From Bacteroidota bacterium (GTDB lineage: Bacteria > Bacteroidota > Bacteroidia > UKL13-3), in assembly GCA_027484685.1 (NCBI GenBank), contig JAIXSO010000048.1, positions 8,477-72,476 on the forward strand: a stretch of 64,000 nucleotides of DNA. The letters are read 5' to 3'. Positions 47,212 to 56,406 of the stretch are shown here, piece by piece. The position numbers and the translations under genes were made by a program. Position 1 is the stretch's first letter. Each line of letters starts with the position of its first letter. The notes under the pieces were generated by a model. The model was given only the letters and a program-made list of their open reading frames with translations, had not been told where the DNA came from and ran no database searches.

Positions 47212-48861
47212 ATGCTTTCAAAAGTTAAAAGGTATAAATTGGTAATTGCATTTGCATTTTTAGGGCTTATTTCATTTAAAGCTACTGATACTTATTTTGA
47301 AATATCGAAAAACATGGACTTGTTTTCATCGGTTTTCAAAGAAATAAATACGTATTATGTAGATGAAATAGACGCAGGTAAATTAACCAAAAAAGCGATT
47401 GACGAAATGTTAAATACGCTTGACCCATACACCAATTATATCAGCGAAGCTGAGGCCGAAGATTTTCGTTTTCAAATGACAGGTCAGTACGGTGGTGTAG
47501 GTGCGCAAATTGGCATGAAAGGCGATTATGTGGTTATTACCGATCCTTACGAAGGTTATCCTGCTCAAAAAGAAGGTTTATTACCGGGCGATATTATAGT
47601 AGAAATAGAAGGCAAAAGCAGTAAAGGCAAAAGCACATCCGAAGTTAGTAAATTACTTAAAGGCCAAGCCGGTAGCAAAGTAAACATTACCATTAAACGC
47701 AATGAGGTAGAAATAAAAAAATCAATTTTACGTGAGGAGATTAAAGTAAAAAATGTGCCTTATTATGGCATGGTAAACAGCGAAACTGGGATTATCAAAC
47801 TAACTGGTTTTACCAACGATGCAGGCAAAGAAGTGCGCGATGCTTTGTTGGAATTAAAGAAAAACAATAACCTTAAAAATGTGATTTTAGATGTGCGCGG
47901 CAATCCAGGTGGTTTGTTACACGAAGCAGTAAATATTGTAAATATATTTATTCCACAAGGGCAAGAAGTAGTATTTACCAAAGGAAAAGTAAAAGAATGG
48001 GAAAAATCGTACAGAACTTTAAACCCAAGCACTGACGAAAATATTCCTTTAGTAGTTTTAACCAATCATGGTTCGGCTTCGGCTTCCGAAATTGTAAGTG
48101 GTAGTATTCAAGACCTAGATAGAGGAATTGTAATTGGGCAAAAAACTTTTGGAAAAGGTTTGGTTCAATCTACAAGACCATTGAATTACAATGCCCAAAT
48201 AAAAATTACTACTGCAAAATATTACACACCAAGTGGGCGCTGCATTCAAGCATTGGATTATTCGCATAGAAACGAAGATGGCAGCGTAGGCAGTGTGGCT
48301 GATAGTTTGAAAAAAGCATTTAAAACCAAAATAGGCCGCAAGGTTTTAGATGGTGGTGGAGTGGACCCAGATATTAAAGTGGAACAAAAACCATTGTCGA
48401 AAATTGCTGAAAGTTTGATTTCTAAACAACTTATTTTTGATTTTGCTACGCAATTTAGAAACAAAAATGTGAGCATTGGCGATGCCAAATCGTTCAAACT
48501 AAAAGAAAGCGATTTTGCTGATTTCAAAGCATTTATTGCCAATAAAGATTATGCTTATAACACTGCTACAGAAACAGCCTTACTTGAAGTAAAAAAGAAA
48601 GCTGAAGAAGAAAAATATTTTGATGCTATTAAAACACAATTTGAAGCCATGAAACAAAGTGTTAACCACGATAAAGCGGCCGATATTGAAAAAAATAAAG
48701 AAGAAATAATTGAACTTTTAGAAGAAGAAATTGTGAGAAGATATTATTATCAAAAAGGCAGAATAGAAGCCGGTTTTGATAACGACCAAGAGGTGCAAGA
48801 AGCCTTAAAAGTATTTGCAGATAAGCAGCGCTACAACCAAATTTTAACTACTGTAAAATAA
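47212..48861 (+). CDS. S41-family C-terminal processing peptidase with PDZ domain
   Basis: PDZ segment (GYPAQKEGLLPGDIIVEIEG). Catalytic region LDVRGNPGG, GSASASEI (Ser) and KTFGKG (Lys). I prefer the ATG at 47212 (MLSKVKRYKLVIAFAFLGL); 47194 is an alternative. The TTG at 47101 in the track is unlikely. Confidence 0.88.
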   Translation: MLSKVKRYKLVIAFAFLGLISFKATDTYFEISKNMDLFSSVFKEINTYYVDEIDAGKLTKKAIDEMLNTLDPYTNYISEAEAEDFRFQMTGQYGGVGAQIGMKGDYVVITDPYEGYPAQKEGLLPGDIIVEIEGKSSKGKSTSEVSKLLKGQAGSKVNITIKRNEVEIKKSILREEIKVKNVPYYGMVNSETGIIKLTGFTNDAGKEVRDALLELKKNNNLKNVILDVRGNPGGLLHEAVNIVNIFIPQGQEVVFTKGKVKEWEKSYRTLNPSTDENIPLVVLTNHGSASASEIVSGSIQDLDRGIVIGQKTFGKGLVQSTRPLNYNAQIKITTAKYYTPSGRCIQALDYSHRNEDGSVGSVADSLKKAFKTKIGRKVLDGGGVDPDIKVEQKPLSKIAESLISKQLIFDFATQFRNKNVSIGDAKSFKLKESDFADFKAFIANKDYAYNTATETALLEVKKKAEEEKYFDAIKTQFEAMKQSVNHDKAADIEKNKEEIIELLEEEIVRRYYYQKGRIEAGFDNDQEVQEALKVFADKQRYNQILTTVK

Positions 48862-48880
48862 CACTCAAATCCCTAAAAAA

Positions 48881-49717
48881 ATGTTATCAATTACAGATTT
48901 TATCATTCTATTTTTATTTGGTTCATTAGGTGGTTTTATGTCAGGTTTTTTAGGAATTGGTGGCGGTATTATTTACGTTCCCATTCTTGATTATTTTCTT
49001 TCAAAATATTTTGGTACAGGCAATGAATTGGTAAAAGCTGTTTTAGCCAATTCATTATTTATCATCATATTTTCGGCAGCAGTAGCCAGTTATAAGCAAT
49101 TTAAAATGGGCAATTTCTTTTTAAAAGAAACCCTACAAACCATGCTGCCGGGAATAGCAAGCGTAATAGTTTTGCATACTCTAATTAATAACGGAACTTG
49201 GTATAGCCGAAGCGTATTTTTATATTTTTTCCTTACCATGTTAATTTTTGTGGTAGTAAAAATGTTTATGCCTAAGCCAAAAGTGGAAGCTATTACAGAA
49301 GCAAAATCAAATAATTACAAATACAATATTACTGGTGCTTTTGCTGGAATTGTAACTGCCATGTCGGGCTTAGGAGGTGGAGTTATTATGACTCCTGTTT
49401 TTACAGAATGGATAAAGCTAGATATTAAAAAAGCAAGTGCTATTTCTACAGGTGTAATATTTGGTTTTGCCATTGTAATTGGTATTTTAAACCTAAACGC
49501 CAAGCCTCAAACTTATATCAGTAATTGGCAATTTGGATACATATTTTTACCAATTGCCCTGCCATTAATAGCAGGTACTTTTCTTTTTGCTCAATTGGGA
49601 GTTAAAACTGCTCAAAAATCAAAATCTCAAACCATCAGAATTACGTTTGCAACTTTTGCATCCACTATTTTAATAAAAGTTATATATGAAATACTTAGTC
49701 TTAATTCTATTATTTAG
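48881..49717 (+). CDS. TauE/SafE-family sulfite/anion exporter
   Basis: Two-repeat polytopic protein with GIGGGIIYVPIL and LGGGVIMTPVF motifs. Confidence 0.85.
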   Translation: MLSITDFIILFLFGSLGGFMSGFLGIGGGIIYVPILDYFLSKYFGTGNELVKAVLANSLFIIIFSAAVASYKQFKMGNFFLKETLQTMLPGIASVIVLHTLINNGTWYSRSVFLYFFLTMLIFVVVKMFMPKPKVEAITEAKSNNYKYNITGAFAGIVTAMSGLGGGVIMTPVFTEWIKLDIKKASAISTGVIFGFAIVIGILNLNAKPQTYISNWQFGYIFLPIALPLIAGTFLFAQLGVKTAQKSKSQTIRITFATFASTILIKVIYEILSLNSII

Positions 49718-51362
49718 TTTATTTGGCAATGTTTTTGCCCAAAAAATCATCAAGTCGGATGAGGATATTATCAACTCGCTTGAGCAAAATTTAAGTTATT
49801 TGGCCAGCGATAGACTAGCAGGCAGACTAATGGGAAGCCATGGTGAAAAACTAGCCTATGAGTTTTTAATTGATAATTTTCAATCGTTGGGTTTAATAGG
49901 AAAAGGAACGGATGGCAGCTTTTTACAAGCATTTACTTTAAATAAATTATCGTTCAATAATGTTTCGTTTACCATGAGCAAAAAGAGCTTTGAACTAACT
50001 TTAAGTGGCATAAATCCTACCAATTTTTACCCATTAAGTCAAAGTAATGTAGGTAAAGTAAAAGGCAAAACCATTTGGTTAGGAGCAGGCAATCATGCTG
50101 ATTATGTAAATAAAAAAAGCTTAGATGGCAAAATATTGGTTTACAAACTAGCTGACCCAAATAGCGAAAACAATAAGGTAAGTTTAGAGAATAAAATAGA
50201 TACAGCCATAGCTTTAGGGGCCAAAGCAGTAATTATTATTAACCAACATCAAGAAGTGCTAGAGCCTGATTTTAAGCCATTTTTCAAAGCTAATTTTTAT
50301 AAAATTCCGGTTTATTTTTTATCGCATTTAAACAAACTAGATACACTTAACTTTGATAATGCTTCGGTTGAATTAAATATTGATACCATCACCAGAACGT
50401 TAACTGGCCATAATGTAATTGCATTTTTAAACAATAAAGCACCGCAAACAGTAGTAATTGGTGCTCATTACGACCATTTGGGGTATAACGAGTTAGGAGG
50501 TTCAACTTACCGCAAAACCGAAAACGAAAAACCACAAATTCATAATGGAGCTGATGACAATGCAAGTGGAACCGCTGCATTGATTGAATTAGCCGAAATT
50601 ATAAAAAAAGCACATTTAAGTAAATACAATTATTTATTCATTGCCTTTAGTGGCGAGGAAGAAGGACTTTTAGGCTCTAACTATTTTTGCAAACATCCAA
50701 CCATTGATAGCACCAAAATTAATTACATGATTAATATGGATATGTTAGGAAGATTAGATAGCACTAAAAATACTTTTGCTATTGATGGTGTGGGCACTTC
50801 GCCAACTTGGAACACTGCTTTAGCTAAAATAAATATTGATGGAATAAAGCCTAAAACATCAGAAAGTGGTATGGGTGCAAGCGACCATACTTCGTTTTAT
50901 AATATTGGTGTACCTGTACTTCACTTTTTTACTGGCACACACAACGATTATCATAAACCAAGTGATGACGACCACCTAATAAATTATAAAGGCGAATTAG
51001 CTGTTTTAAAATACATTTATAACCTTATTTATAATTTAGAACAAGAACCAAGATTGATATTTACCAAAACCAAAGATACCCATTCCTCAACTGGAGGTGG
51101 AGCTGGTTTTAAAGTTACTTTGGGCATTATGCCAGATTATCTACACGAAGGTAAAGGTGTAAAAATAGATGGAGTTACAGAAGGAAAACCTGCTGCTTTA
51201 GCTGGCTTAAAACGTGGTGATTTATTAATAAAGCTTGGAGCGGATGAAGTTGCAGACATGCAAGCCTACATGAAATGTTTGGGCAAATACAACAAAGGCG
51301 ATAAAGTAAAGGGCAAAGTTGTTCGCAATGGAGCTGAAATAGAAGTAGATATTACCTTTTAA
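49686..51362 (+). CDS. M28-family aminopeptidase with C-terminal PDZ domain
   Basis: Signal peptide MKYLVLILLFSLFGNVFAQ. Metal-ligand blocks GAHYDHLG, GADDNASG, SGEEEGLLGS and DMLGR. C-terminal PDZ (GKPAALAGLKRGDLLIKLG). The start overlaps the TauE gene by 32 nt. Confidence 0.85.
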   Translation: MKYLVLILLFSLFGNVFAQKIIKSDEDIINSLEQNLSYLASDRLAGRLMGSHGEKLAYEFLIDNFQSLGLIGKGTDGSFLQAFTLNKLSFNNVSFTMSKKSFELTLSGINPTNFYPLSQSNVGKVKGKTIWLGAGNHADYVNKKSLDGKILVYKLADPNSENNKVSLENKIDTAIALGAKAVIIINQHQEVLEPDFKPFFKANFYKIPVYFLSHLNKLDTLNFDNASVELNIDTITRTLTGHNVIAFLNNKAPQTVVIGAHYDHLGYNELGGSTYRKTENEKPQIHNGADDNASGTAALIELAEIIKKAHLSKYNYLFIAFSGEEEGLLGSNYFCKHPTIDSTKINYMINMDMLGRLDSTKNTFAIDGVGTSPTWNTALAKINIDGIKPKTSESGMGASDHTSFYNIGVPVLHFFTGTHNDYHKPSDDDHLINYKGELAVLKYIYNLIYNLEQEPRLIFTKTKDTHSSTGGGAGFKVTLGIMPDYLHEGKGVKIDGVTEGKPAALAGLKRGDLLIKLGADEVADMQAYMKCLGKYNKGDKVKGKVVRNGAEIEVDITF

Positions 51363-51375
51363 TAGCAACAAAAAT

Positions 51376-51408
51376 GTATTTGGGTATTATTCATAAATAC
51401 CCAAATAC
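51376..51408. terminator. bidirectional hairpin between the convergent M28 and isoaspartyl peptidase genes
   Basis: 12-bp perfect stem gtatttgggtat / atacccaaatac. The right arm lies inside the last codons of the minus-strand gene. Confidence 0.55.
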
Positions 51409-52322
51409 ACTTCTTCATCTTGGCGCAAAATACCGCGGTACATGCCTTCAGAGTTAAAGCAAAGTTCAACATTTCCTTGAGCATCCATGCCAATTAAACC
51501 GCCTTCGCCACCCATTTTTACCAATTTATCTTTTACCACATAATTGCAAGCTTGCTGCAAACTATAGCCTTTATATTCCATTAAACAACTTATATCGTAA
51601 GCCACCACTGCGCGCATAAAATACTCGCCATGGCCAGTACAGCTAATAGCACAAGTATTATTATTAGCATAAGTTCCAGCTCCAATTATTGGGCTATCGC
51701 CTACCCTACCAAAGCGTTTATTGGTCATGCCACCAGTAGAAGTAGCAGCTGCCAAATTTCCATGAACATCTAAAGCCACAGCACCAACGGTTCCAAACTT
51801 TTTTTCGCCAGTTTCTAATACCGTATGATCCAATTGATAACCATCAGTATCTTTTAAATCTTGCCATTGTTTGTAACGCTCAGCAGTATAAAAATAGTCG
51901 TTGTTTTGAAATGGCAAATTCATGTTTTTTGCAAATAATTCAGCATCAACACCTTGCAAAAACACATGTCCTGATTTTTGCATAATAACTTTAGCCAAAT
52001 GAACTGGATTTTGAACATTACTAACACCAGAAACAGCACCAGCTTCGAGGTTTTTGCCTTCCATAATAGAAGCATCCATTTCGTGAGTTCCCTTATTAGT
52101 AAACACCGCGCCTTTGCCAGCATTAAACAATGGAAAATTTTCAAGACTGATAACCGCAGCTTCTACTGCATCTAAACTTGAACCGCCTTTGCTTAAAATT
52201 TGATTCCCTGCCAATAAAGCATTTTGTAAACCTTGTTTATATTGAGCTTCCTTTTCAGGAGTCATTAAAGCTCGCACAATAGTTCCTGCTCCGCCATGAA
52301 TGGCAATTGCATGTTTTTTCAT
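51387..52322 (-). CDS. isoaspartyl peptidase / L-asparaginase (Ntn hydrolase)
   Basis: HGGAG N-terminus. Autoprocessing/nucleophile site KKFGTVGAVALD. GGMTNKRFGRVGDSPIIGAG. Confidence 0.9.
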   Translation of the reverse strand: MKKHAIAIHGGAGTIVRALMTPEKEAQYKQGLQNALLAGNQILSKGGSSLDAVEAAVISLENFPLFNAGKGAVFTNKGTHEMDASIMEGKNLEAGAVSGVSNVQNPVHLAKVIMQKSGHVFLQGVDAELFAKNMNLPFQNNDYFYTAERYKQWQDLKDTDGYQLDHTVLETGEKKFGTVGAVALDVHGNLAAATSTGGMTNKRFGRVGDSPIIGAGTYANNNTCAISCTGHGEYFMRAVVAYDISCLMEYKGYSLQQACNYVVKDKLVKMGGEGGLIGMDAQGNVELCFNSEGMYRGILRQDEEVYLGIYE

Positions 52323-52390
52323 GTTAGTTGTTAGTTGTTGGTTGACAGTTGTTAGTTTTGGTTGAGGGTTGCGAGTTGTTAGATTGCTGG
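52323..52390. repeat. GTTAGTTGTTGG-type word repeat abutting the isoaspartyl peptidase start codon
   Basis: gttagttgttagttgttggttgacagttgttagttttggttgagggttgcgagttgttagattgctgg. On the coding strand this is a G-poor CAAC/TAAC leader ending ...aacaactaacaactaac|ATG. Confidence 0.7.
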
Positions 52391-52397
52391 CAAATTC

Positions 52398-52420
52398 GTC
52401 ATTTCGTGCCTCGAAATGAC
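52398..52420. repeat. collapsed mini-copy of the GTCA...TGAC hairpin family
   Basis: gtcatttcg-tgcct-cgaaatgac. It keeps the family termini (GTCATTTCG / TGAC) but lacks the internal AGCGAAGTCGAGA arms. Confidence 0.55.
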
Positions 52421-52462
52421 GTTAGGTTTGATCATCATTGCAATGGGTGAAACAATCTCTTT

Positions 52463-52520
52463 GTCATGTCGAGCGGAGTCGAGACATGGTTAAATATTTC
52501 TCGAATGCGCTCGAACTGAC
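52463..52520. repeat. GTCA...TGAC palindromic hairpin repeat, copy C
   Basis: gtcatgtcgagcggagtcgagaca-tggttaaatat-ttctcgaatgcgctcgaactgac. Confidence 0.85.
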
Positions 52521-52577
52521 TATTCAGCCATTGCAAGCAACCTCACCTGCAATAGCAGAGGACACCAAAAATACCGT

Positions 52578-53972
52578 TTAAGCAGTTACTGCCTCTTGAA
52601 CAATTTGTGCTTTTGGCTCATCTTTTATTTGACCCCAGCCGCCCCAAACATTTTTAACATTGGTAAAGCCTTGTGTTTTTAATGCCGCAGCAGCCACCAT
52701 ACTTCGGTAACCACCTGCACAATGCACCAAGATTTCTTGATTTTTTCCTAAATCACTATTATTGGTTAATATTTCGCTTAACTGAATATTTTTAGCTTGC
52801 ATTAAGTGTCCGCTAGCAAATTCAGTTGGTTTGCGCACATCTACAATCACTGCACTTGGGTTATGTAAACTATCTAATACCAACTCTTCCGATGAAATAC
52901 TGATTATCATATCAAATTTTTTATTGGCATTTTTCCAGCTATCAAAACCGCCTTCTAAAAAACCTTTTATGTTATCAAAACCTACGCGTGTTAAACGCTC
53001 CACCGATTCTTGTTCAGTACCTGTTTTTGCTACTACAATAATTGGTGAATGGATATCTAACAAAGTAGCAGCCCATATGGCATACTGTCCATTTAAACCA
53101 AAATTAAATGATTTAGGAATAAAACCTAACTCAAAAAAATCGGCTATACGCGTATCAATAATGGTGGCACCTTCTACGTAAAATTCTTCAAATTTATCAA
53201 CCGAAAGTGGTTTTAAACCTTGCTCAATTACTGTTTCAAAACTGGCATAACCTTGTTTGTTTAGTTTTGCATCTTTAAAAAAGTAACTTGGAGCAGGCGC
53301 AATTCCAGTTGTTATAGCTGTAATAAAAGCAGGTTCGGTCATTGGTTGTAAGGCATAATTACTTGCTTTTTGCTCCCCAATGGTACTAAATGTTTCTTTA
53401 CCAATATTTTTACCACAAGCCGAACCAGGACCATGGGCAGGATAAACAATCACTTCATCTGCCAAAGGCTTAATTTTTGTATTTAATGAGTTAAACATTT
53501 TAGCAGCCAACTCTTCTTTGGTCATAATGCCATCTAATAAATCAGGACGACCAACATCGCCTACAAATAAGGTATCGCCAGTAAATACACAATAATCTTT
53601 TCCATTTTCATCCATTAACAAAAACGAGCTCGACTCCAAAGTATGGCCAGGTGTGTGCAATACCTTTATTTTTAATTTACCTAATTCAAATACTTCATTA
53701 TCGGCAGCTACATGAACAGGAAAATTAGTAACTGTAGTTGGGCCATAAATAATGGTAGCACCTGTTTTAGCTGCTAAATCTACGTGTCCACTTACAAAAT
53801 CAGCATGGAAATGTGTTTCAAAAATATATTTAATTTTAGCACCATTGGCAGTTGCTTTATCAATATACATTTGGTAATCGCGCAAAGGATCTATAATAGC
53901 CACTTCGCCATTACTTTCAATATAGTAGGCTGCTTGTGCTAAGCAATTGGTATATAATTGTTCTATGATCAT
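52578..53972 (-). CDS. metallo-beta-lactamase-fold persulfide-dioxygenase-like protein fused to two rhodanese domains
   Basis: MBL metal motif ETHFHADFVSGH. C-terminal rhodanese active-site loop VHCAGGYRS. Confidence 0.85.
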   Translation of the reverse strand: MIIEQLYTNCLAQAAYYIESNGEVAIIDPLRDYQMYIDKATANGAKIKYIFETHFHADFVSGHVDLAAKTGATIIYGPTTVTNFPVHVAADNEVFELGKLKIKVLHTPGHTLESSSFLLMDENGKDYCVFTGDTLFVGDVGRPDLLDGIMTKEELAAKMFNSLNTKIKPLADEVIVYPAHGPGSACGKNIGKETFSTIGEQKASNYALQPMTEPAFITAITTGIAPAPSYFFKDAKLNKQGYASFETVIEQGLKPLSVDKFEEFYVEGATIIDTRIADFFELGFIPKSFNFGLNGQYAIWAATLLDIHSPIIVVAKTGTEQESVERLTRVGFDNIKGFLEGGFDSWKNANKKFDMIISISSEELVLDSLHNPSAVIVDVRKPTEFASGHLMQAKNIQLSEILTNNSDLGKNQEILVHCAGGYRSMVAAAALKTQGFTNVKNVWGGWGQIKDEPKAQIVQEAVTA

Positions 53973-54112
53973 GTTATTATTATTTGATGATTTTTGATTT
54001 AGAGATTTAAAGATTTTTTTGAATTGCTAAATTGTTAAATGGATGGATAGTTTAATTGTTATATTGCTTATTAAACTTTGCCAATTGCTAGAAGCCAGAG
54101 GCCAGCAGCCCC
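53973..54112. repeat. composite word-repeat leader (second copy of the module at 651..750, on the minus strand)
   Basis: Coding strand: ggggctgctggcctctggcttctagc ... aaatctttaaatctctaaatcaaaaatcatcaaataataataac|ATG. It shares the 12-mers aatctctaaatc and aaatcaaaaatc and the 11-mer aatctttaaat with 651..750. Confidence 0.7.
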
Positions 54113-54114
54113 TA

Positions 54115-54459
54115 TTATCCGCCCGCTTTTTTAGCTTTATACCCTAATTTAATTAAATGAGCCAAAATTTTATCTCTAAACTCGCCTTGAATTAATATTT
54201 CTCCATCCTTTACACTGCCACCTACACCACATAATTTCTTTAAAGCTGAGCCTAAAGCATTCAAATCTTCGGTGGTGCCCACAAAACCGCTAACAGCGGA
54301 AACAACTTTCCCCGCACGATTTTTTTTATCTAAAAATATTTTTAAATTTTGTTGATTATTGGGTAAGGTTTCTATTGTTTCTTCCTGCTCAAAATCGTAA
54401 CTAAAATCTGAATCAGTGCTAAAAACAACACCACTTACTTTTTTATTTTTATTGCTCAT
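54115..54459 (-). CDS. yciH: SUI1/YciH-family translation initiation factor
   Basis: 114 aa. C-terminal SUI1 domain pattern (LKKLCGVGGSVKDGEILIQGEFRDKILAHLIKLGY). Confidence 0.85.
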   Translation of the reverse strand: MSNKNKKVSGVVFSTDSDFSYDFEQEETIETLPNNQQNLKIFLDKKNRAGKVVSAVSGFVGTTEDLNALGSALKKLCGVGGSVKDGEILIQGEFRDKILAHLIKLGYKAKKAGG

Positions 54460-54536
54460 TAACAGAAAAAATTAAGGGATTACAAGATTACAAAATTTAT
54501 TTCTGTAAAAGATATGAATATTTTTTAAATTTTGAA

Positions 54537-54560
54537 TTCAATGAATATTTATTCATTGAA
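54537..54560. promoter_or_regulatory. 24-nt perfect palindrome upstream of yciH (candidate operator or RNA hairpin)
   Basis: ttcaatgaata-tt-tattcattgaa: 11-bp perfect arms, located 78 nt upstream of the yciH start. Confidence 0.4.
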
Positions 54561-54591
54561 CCGAATATTAATTTTGTCAAATTTAATTGCT

Positions 54592-54626
54592 AAAAACGAA
54601 AAAAGCACCCTATTACAGGTGCTTTT
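54592..54626 (-). terminator. rho-independent terminator after efp
   Basis: Stem agcacc / ggtgct with an 8-nt loop. On the minus strand it is followed by ttttcgttttt. Confidence 0.75.
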
Positions 54627-54644
54627 AACTATTTAAAAAGTTAT

Positions 54645-55205
54645 TTATTTCACTCTTTCAGAGTATGATTCTGTACGTAAATCAACTTTAATTTTTTCAC
54701 CTTCGTTCACAAATAAAGGAACCATTATTATAGCACCAGTATCAAGCGTAGCAGGTTTTAAAGTATTGGTTGCTGTATCGCCTTTTACACCTGGTTCAGT
54801 GTAAGTAATTTCGTAAATACCAAAGTTAGGTGGTTCTATTCCAATTACTGAATCACTTTCTAATGCTACTTTTAAAATCATTTCTTCTTTTAAAAACTTA
54901 GCAGTATTTCCAACCATACTTTCTTCTACATAAATTTGTTCGAAGGATACAGGATCCATTAATACTAAGCTTGTACCATCTTTGTACAAATATTGCATTT
55001 CATGGTGTTCAACCCTTAACATTTCTACACTTTCGCCTGCACGTAAACGCTGCTCAATTTGTTTTCCACTTTTTACATTGCGCAGTACTACTTGGTAAAA
55101 TGCGCGTAAATTACCCGGTGTACGGTGTTGGTATTCCATTACTTGGCATAATTCGCCTTCGTATTTTATATAACAACCCTTAAATAAATCGCCTGTATTT
55201 GCCAT
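54645..55205 (-). CDS. efp: translation elongation factor P
   Basis: 186 aa. The N-terminus GDLFKGCYIKYEGELCQVMEYQHRTPGN and three-domain length are typical of EF-P. Confidence 0.95.
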   Translation of the reverse strand: MANTGDLFKGCYIKYEGELCQVMEYQHRTPGNLRAFYQVVLRNVKSGKQIEQRLRAGESVEMLRVEHHEMQYLYKDGTSLVLMDPVSFEQIYVEESMVGNTAKFLKEEMILKVALESDSVIGIEPPNFGIYEITYTEPGVKGDTATNTLKPATLDTGAIIMVPLFVNEGEKIKVDLRTESYSERVK

Positions 55206-55380
55206 AACTTATTGTTTTTTATTTTTTTATTTTCTATTACTCCGTTGGCTAATCCCGAAAACTTTCGAGACTACGGCTATTAATCGTTAGCTAGTTTATC
55301 ACTAATCAATTTAATAACTTATCATCTAAATTTGCGGTGCGAAAATACATTTTAGTTTTTAGTTTACAATATACAAGCAA

Positions 55381-56403
55381 TTATAGCTCACTATAAAATT
55401 GTTTTTGTTCCACAAAATGCTTCCAAACCACACTTTTATTATAAATACCTGTTAAATTTTTGTTTTTGATGGTAGCCTGTACTTTTTTGCGCAATTTTAA
55501 CCAAGCAAAAAAATGTTTGGCAAAATGATAATGCGCCTTATGAATTGCCAAACTATGTTTAGGAAATCCGTTTAAAAGAAAAAATACAGAACTCAGTAAA
55601 TCAAGCATATGCCTAAAAGGAATTAACCAAAACGCTTGTGCAGTTGGTAAATTTTTAAGCATCATAATCAGCGAATTTCTAAAGTTTAAATACGTTTTTT
55701 TATCGCTTAACTTACTTAAAGTACCTCCACCTAAATGAAATACATAACTTTCAGGAACACTTATTATTTTATAGCCAAGCAATTGTAACCTCCAACACAA
55801 ATCTACTTCTTCCATATGGGCAAAAAAGTTGGCATCAAAACCTTCGGCCTCATGAAATGCTTTGGCTTTTATAAATAAACACGCACCTGTAGCCCAAAAA
55901 ATTTCCTCAATATTTTGGTATTGAAGCTTGTCTTCTTCACATTTTTCAAATAACCGTCCACGGCAAAACACATAACCAAATTTATCCATGTGTCCGCCTG
56001 ACGCGCCTGCATATTCAAAAAAATTACGGTTAGTATATTGCAACATTTTAGGCTGAGCTGCCGCTACATTTGCATCGGCTTCCATGGCTTCTATAACTGG
56101 CATAATCCAATTTTCGCCTACTTCTATATCGTTGTTTAACAATACATAATAATCGGCTTCTACATGTTTAAGCGCCTGATTATAACCACCTGCATAACCA
56201 TAATTATAACCATTTTGTACTACTTTTATTTGCGGATAGTTTTCGGTAATAAATTTTACTGAATCATCGCTCGAATGATTATCAGCAAGCACAATTTCTA
56301 AGTTTGGATAGTTACTTGCCACCACCGAAGGCAAAAATTTTTGTAAATATTCTACTTTATTCCAATGAATAATTACTACAGAAACTTTAGGGTAATTAGT
56401 CAT
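55381..56403 (-). CDS. family 2 glycosyltransferase
   Basis: VSVVIIHWN N-terminus, LADNHSSDDS, LLNNDIEV (DxD-like) and a FFAHMEEVDLCWR block. Confidence 0.85.
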   Translation of the reverse strand: MTNYPKVSVVIIHWNKVEYLQKFLPSVVASNYPNLEIVLADNHSSDDSVKFITENYPQIKVVQNGYNYGYAGGYNQALKHVEADYYVLLNNDIEVGENWIMPVIEAMEADANVAAAQPKMLQYTNRNFFEYAGASGGHMDKFGYVFCRGRLFEKCEEDKLQYQNIEEIFWATGACLFIKAKAFHEAEGFDANFFAHMEEVDLCWRLQLLGYKIISVPESYVFHLGGGTLSKLSDKKTYLNFRNSLIMMLKNLPTAQAFWLIPFRHMLDLLSSVFFLLNGFPKHSLAIHKAHYHFAKHFFAWLKLRKKVQATIKNKNLTGIYNKSVVWKHFVEQKQFYSEL

Positions 56404-56406
56404 TAG

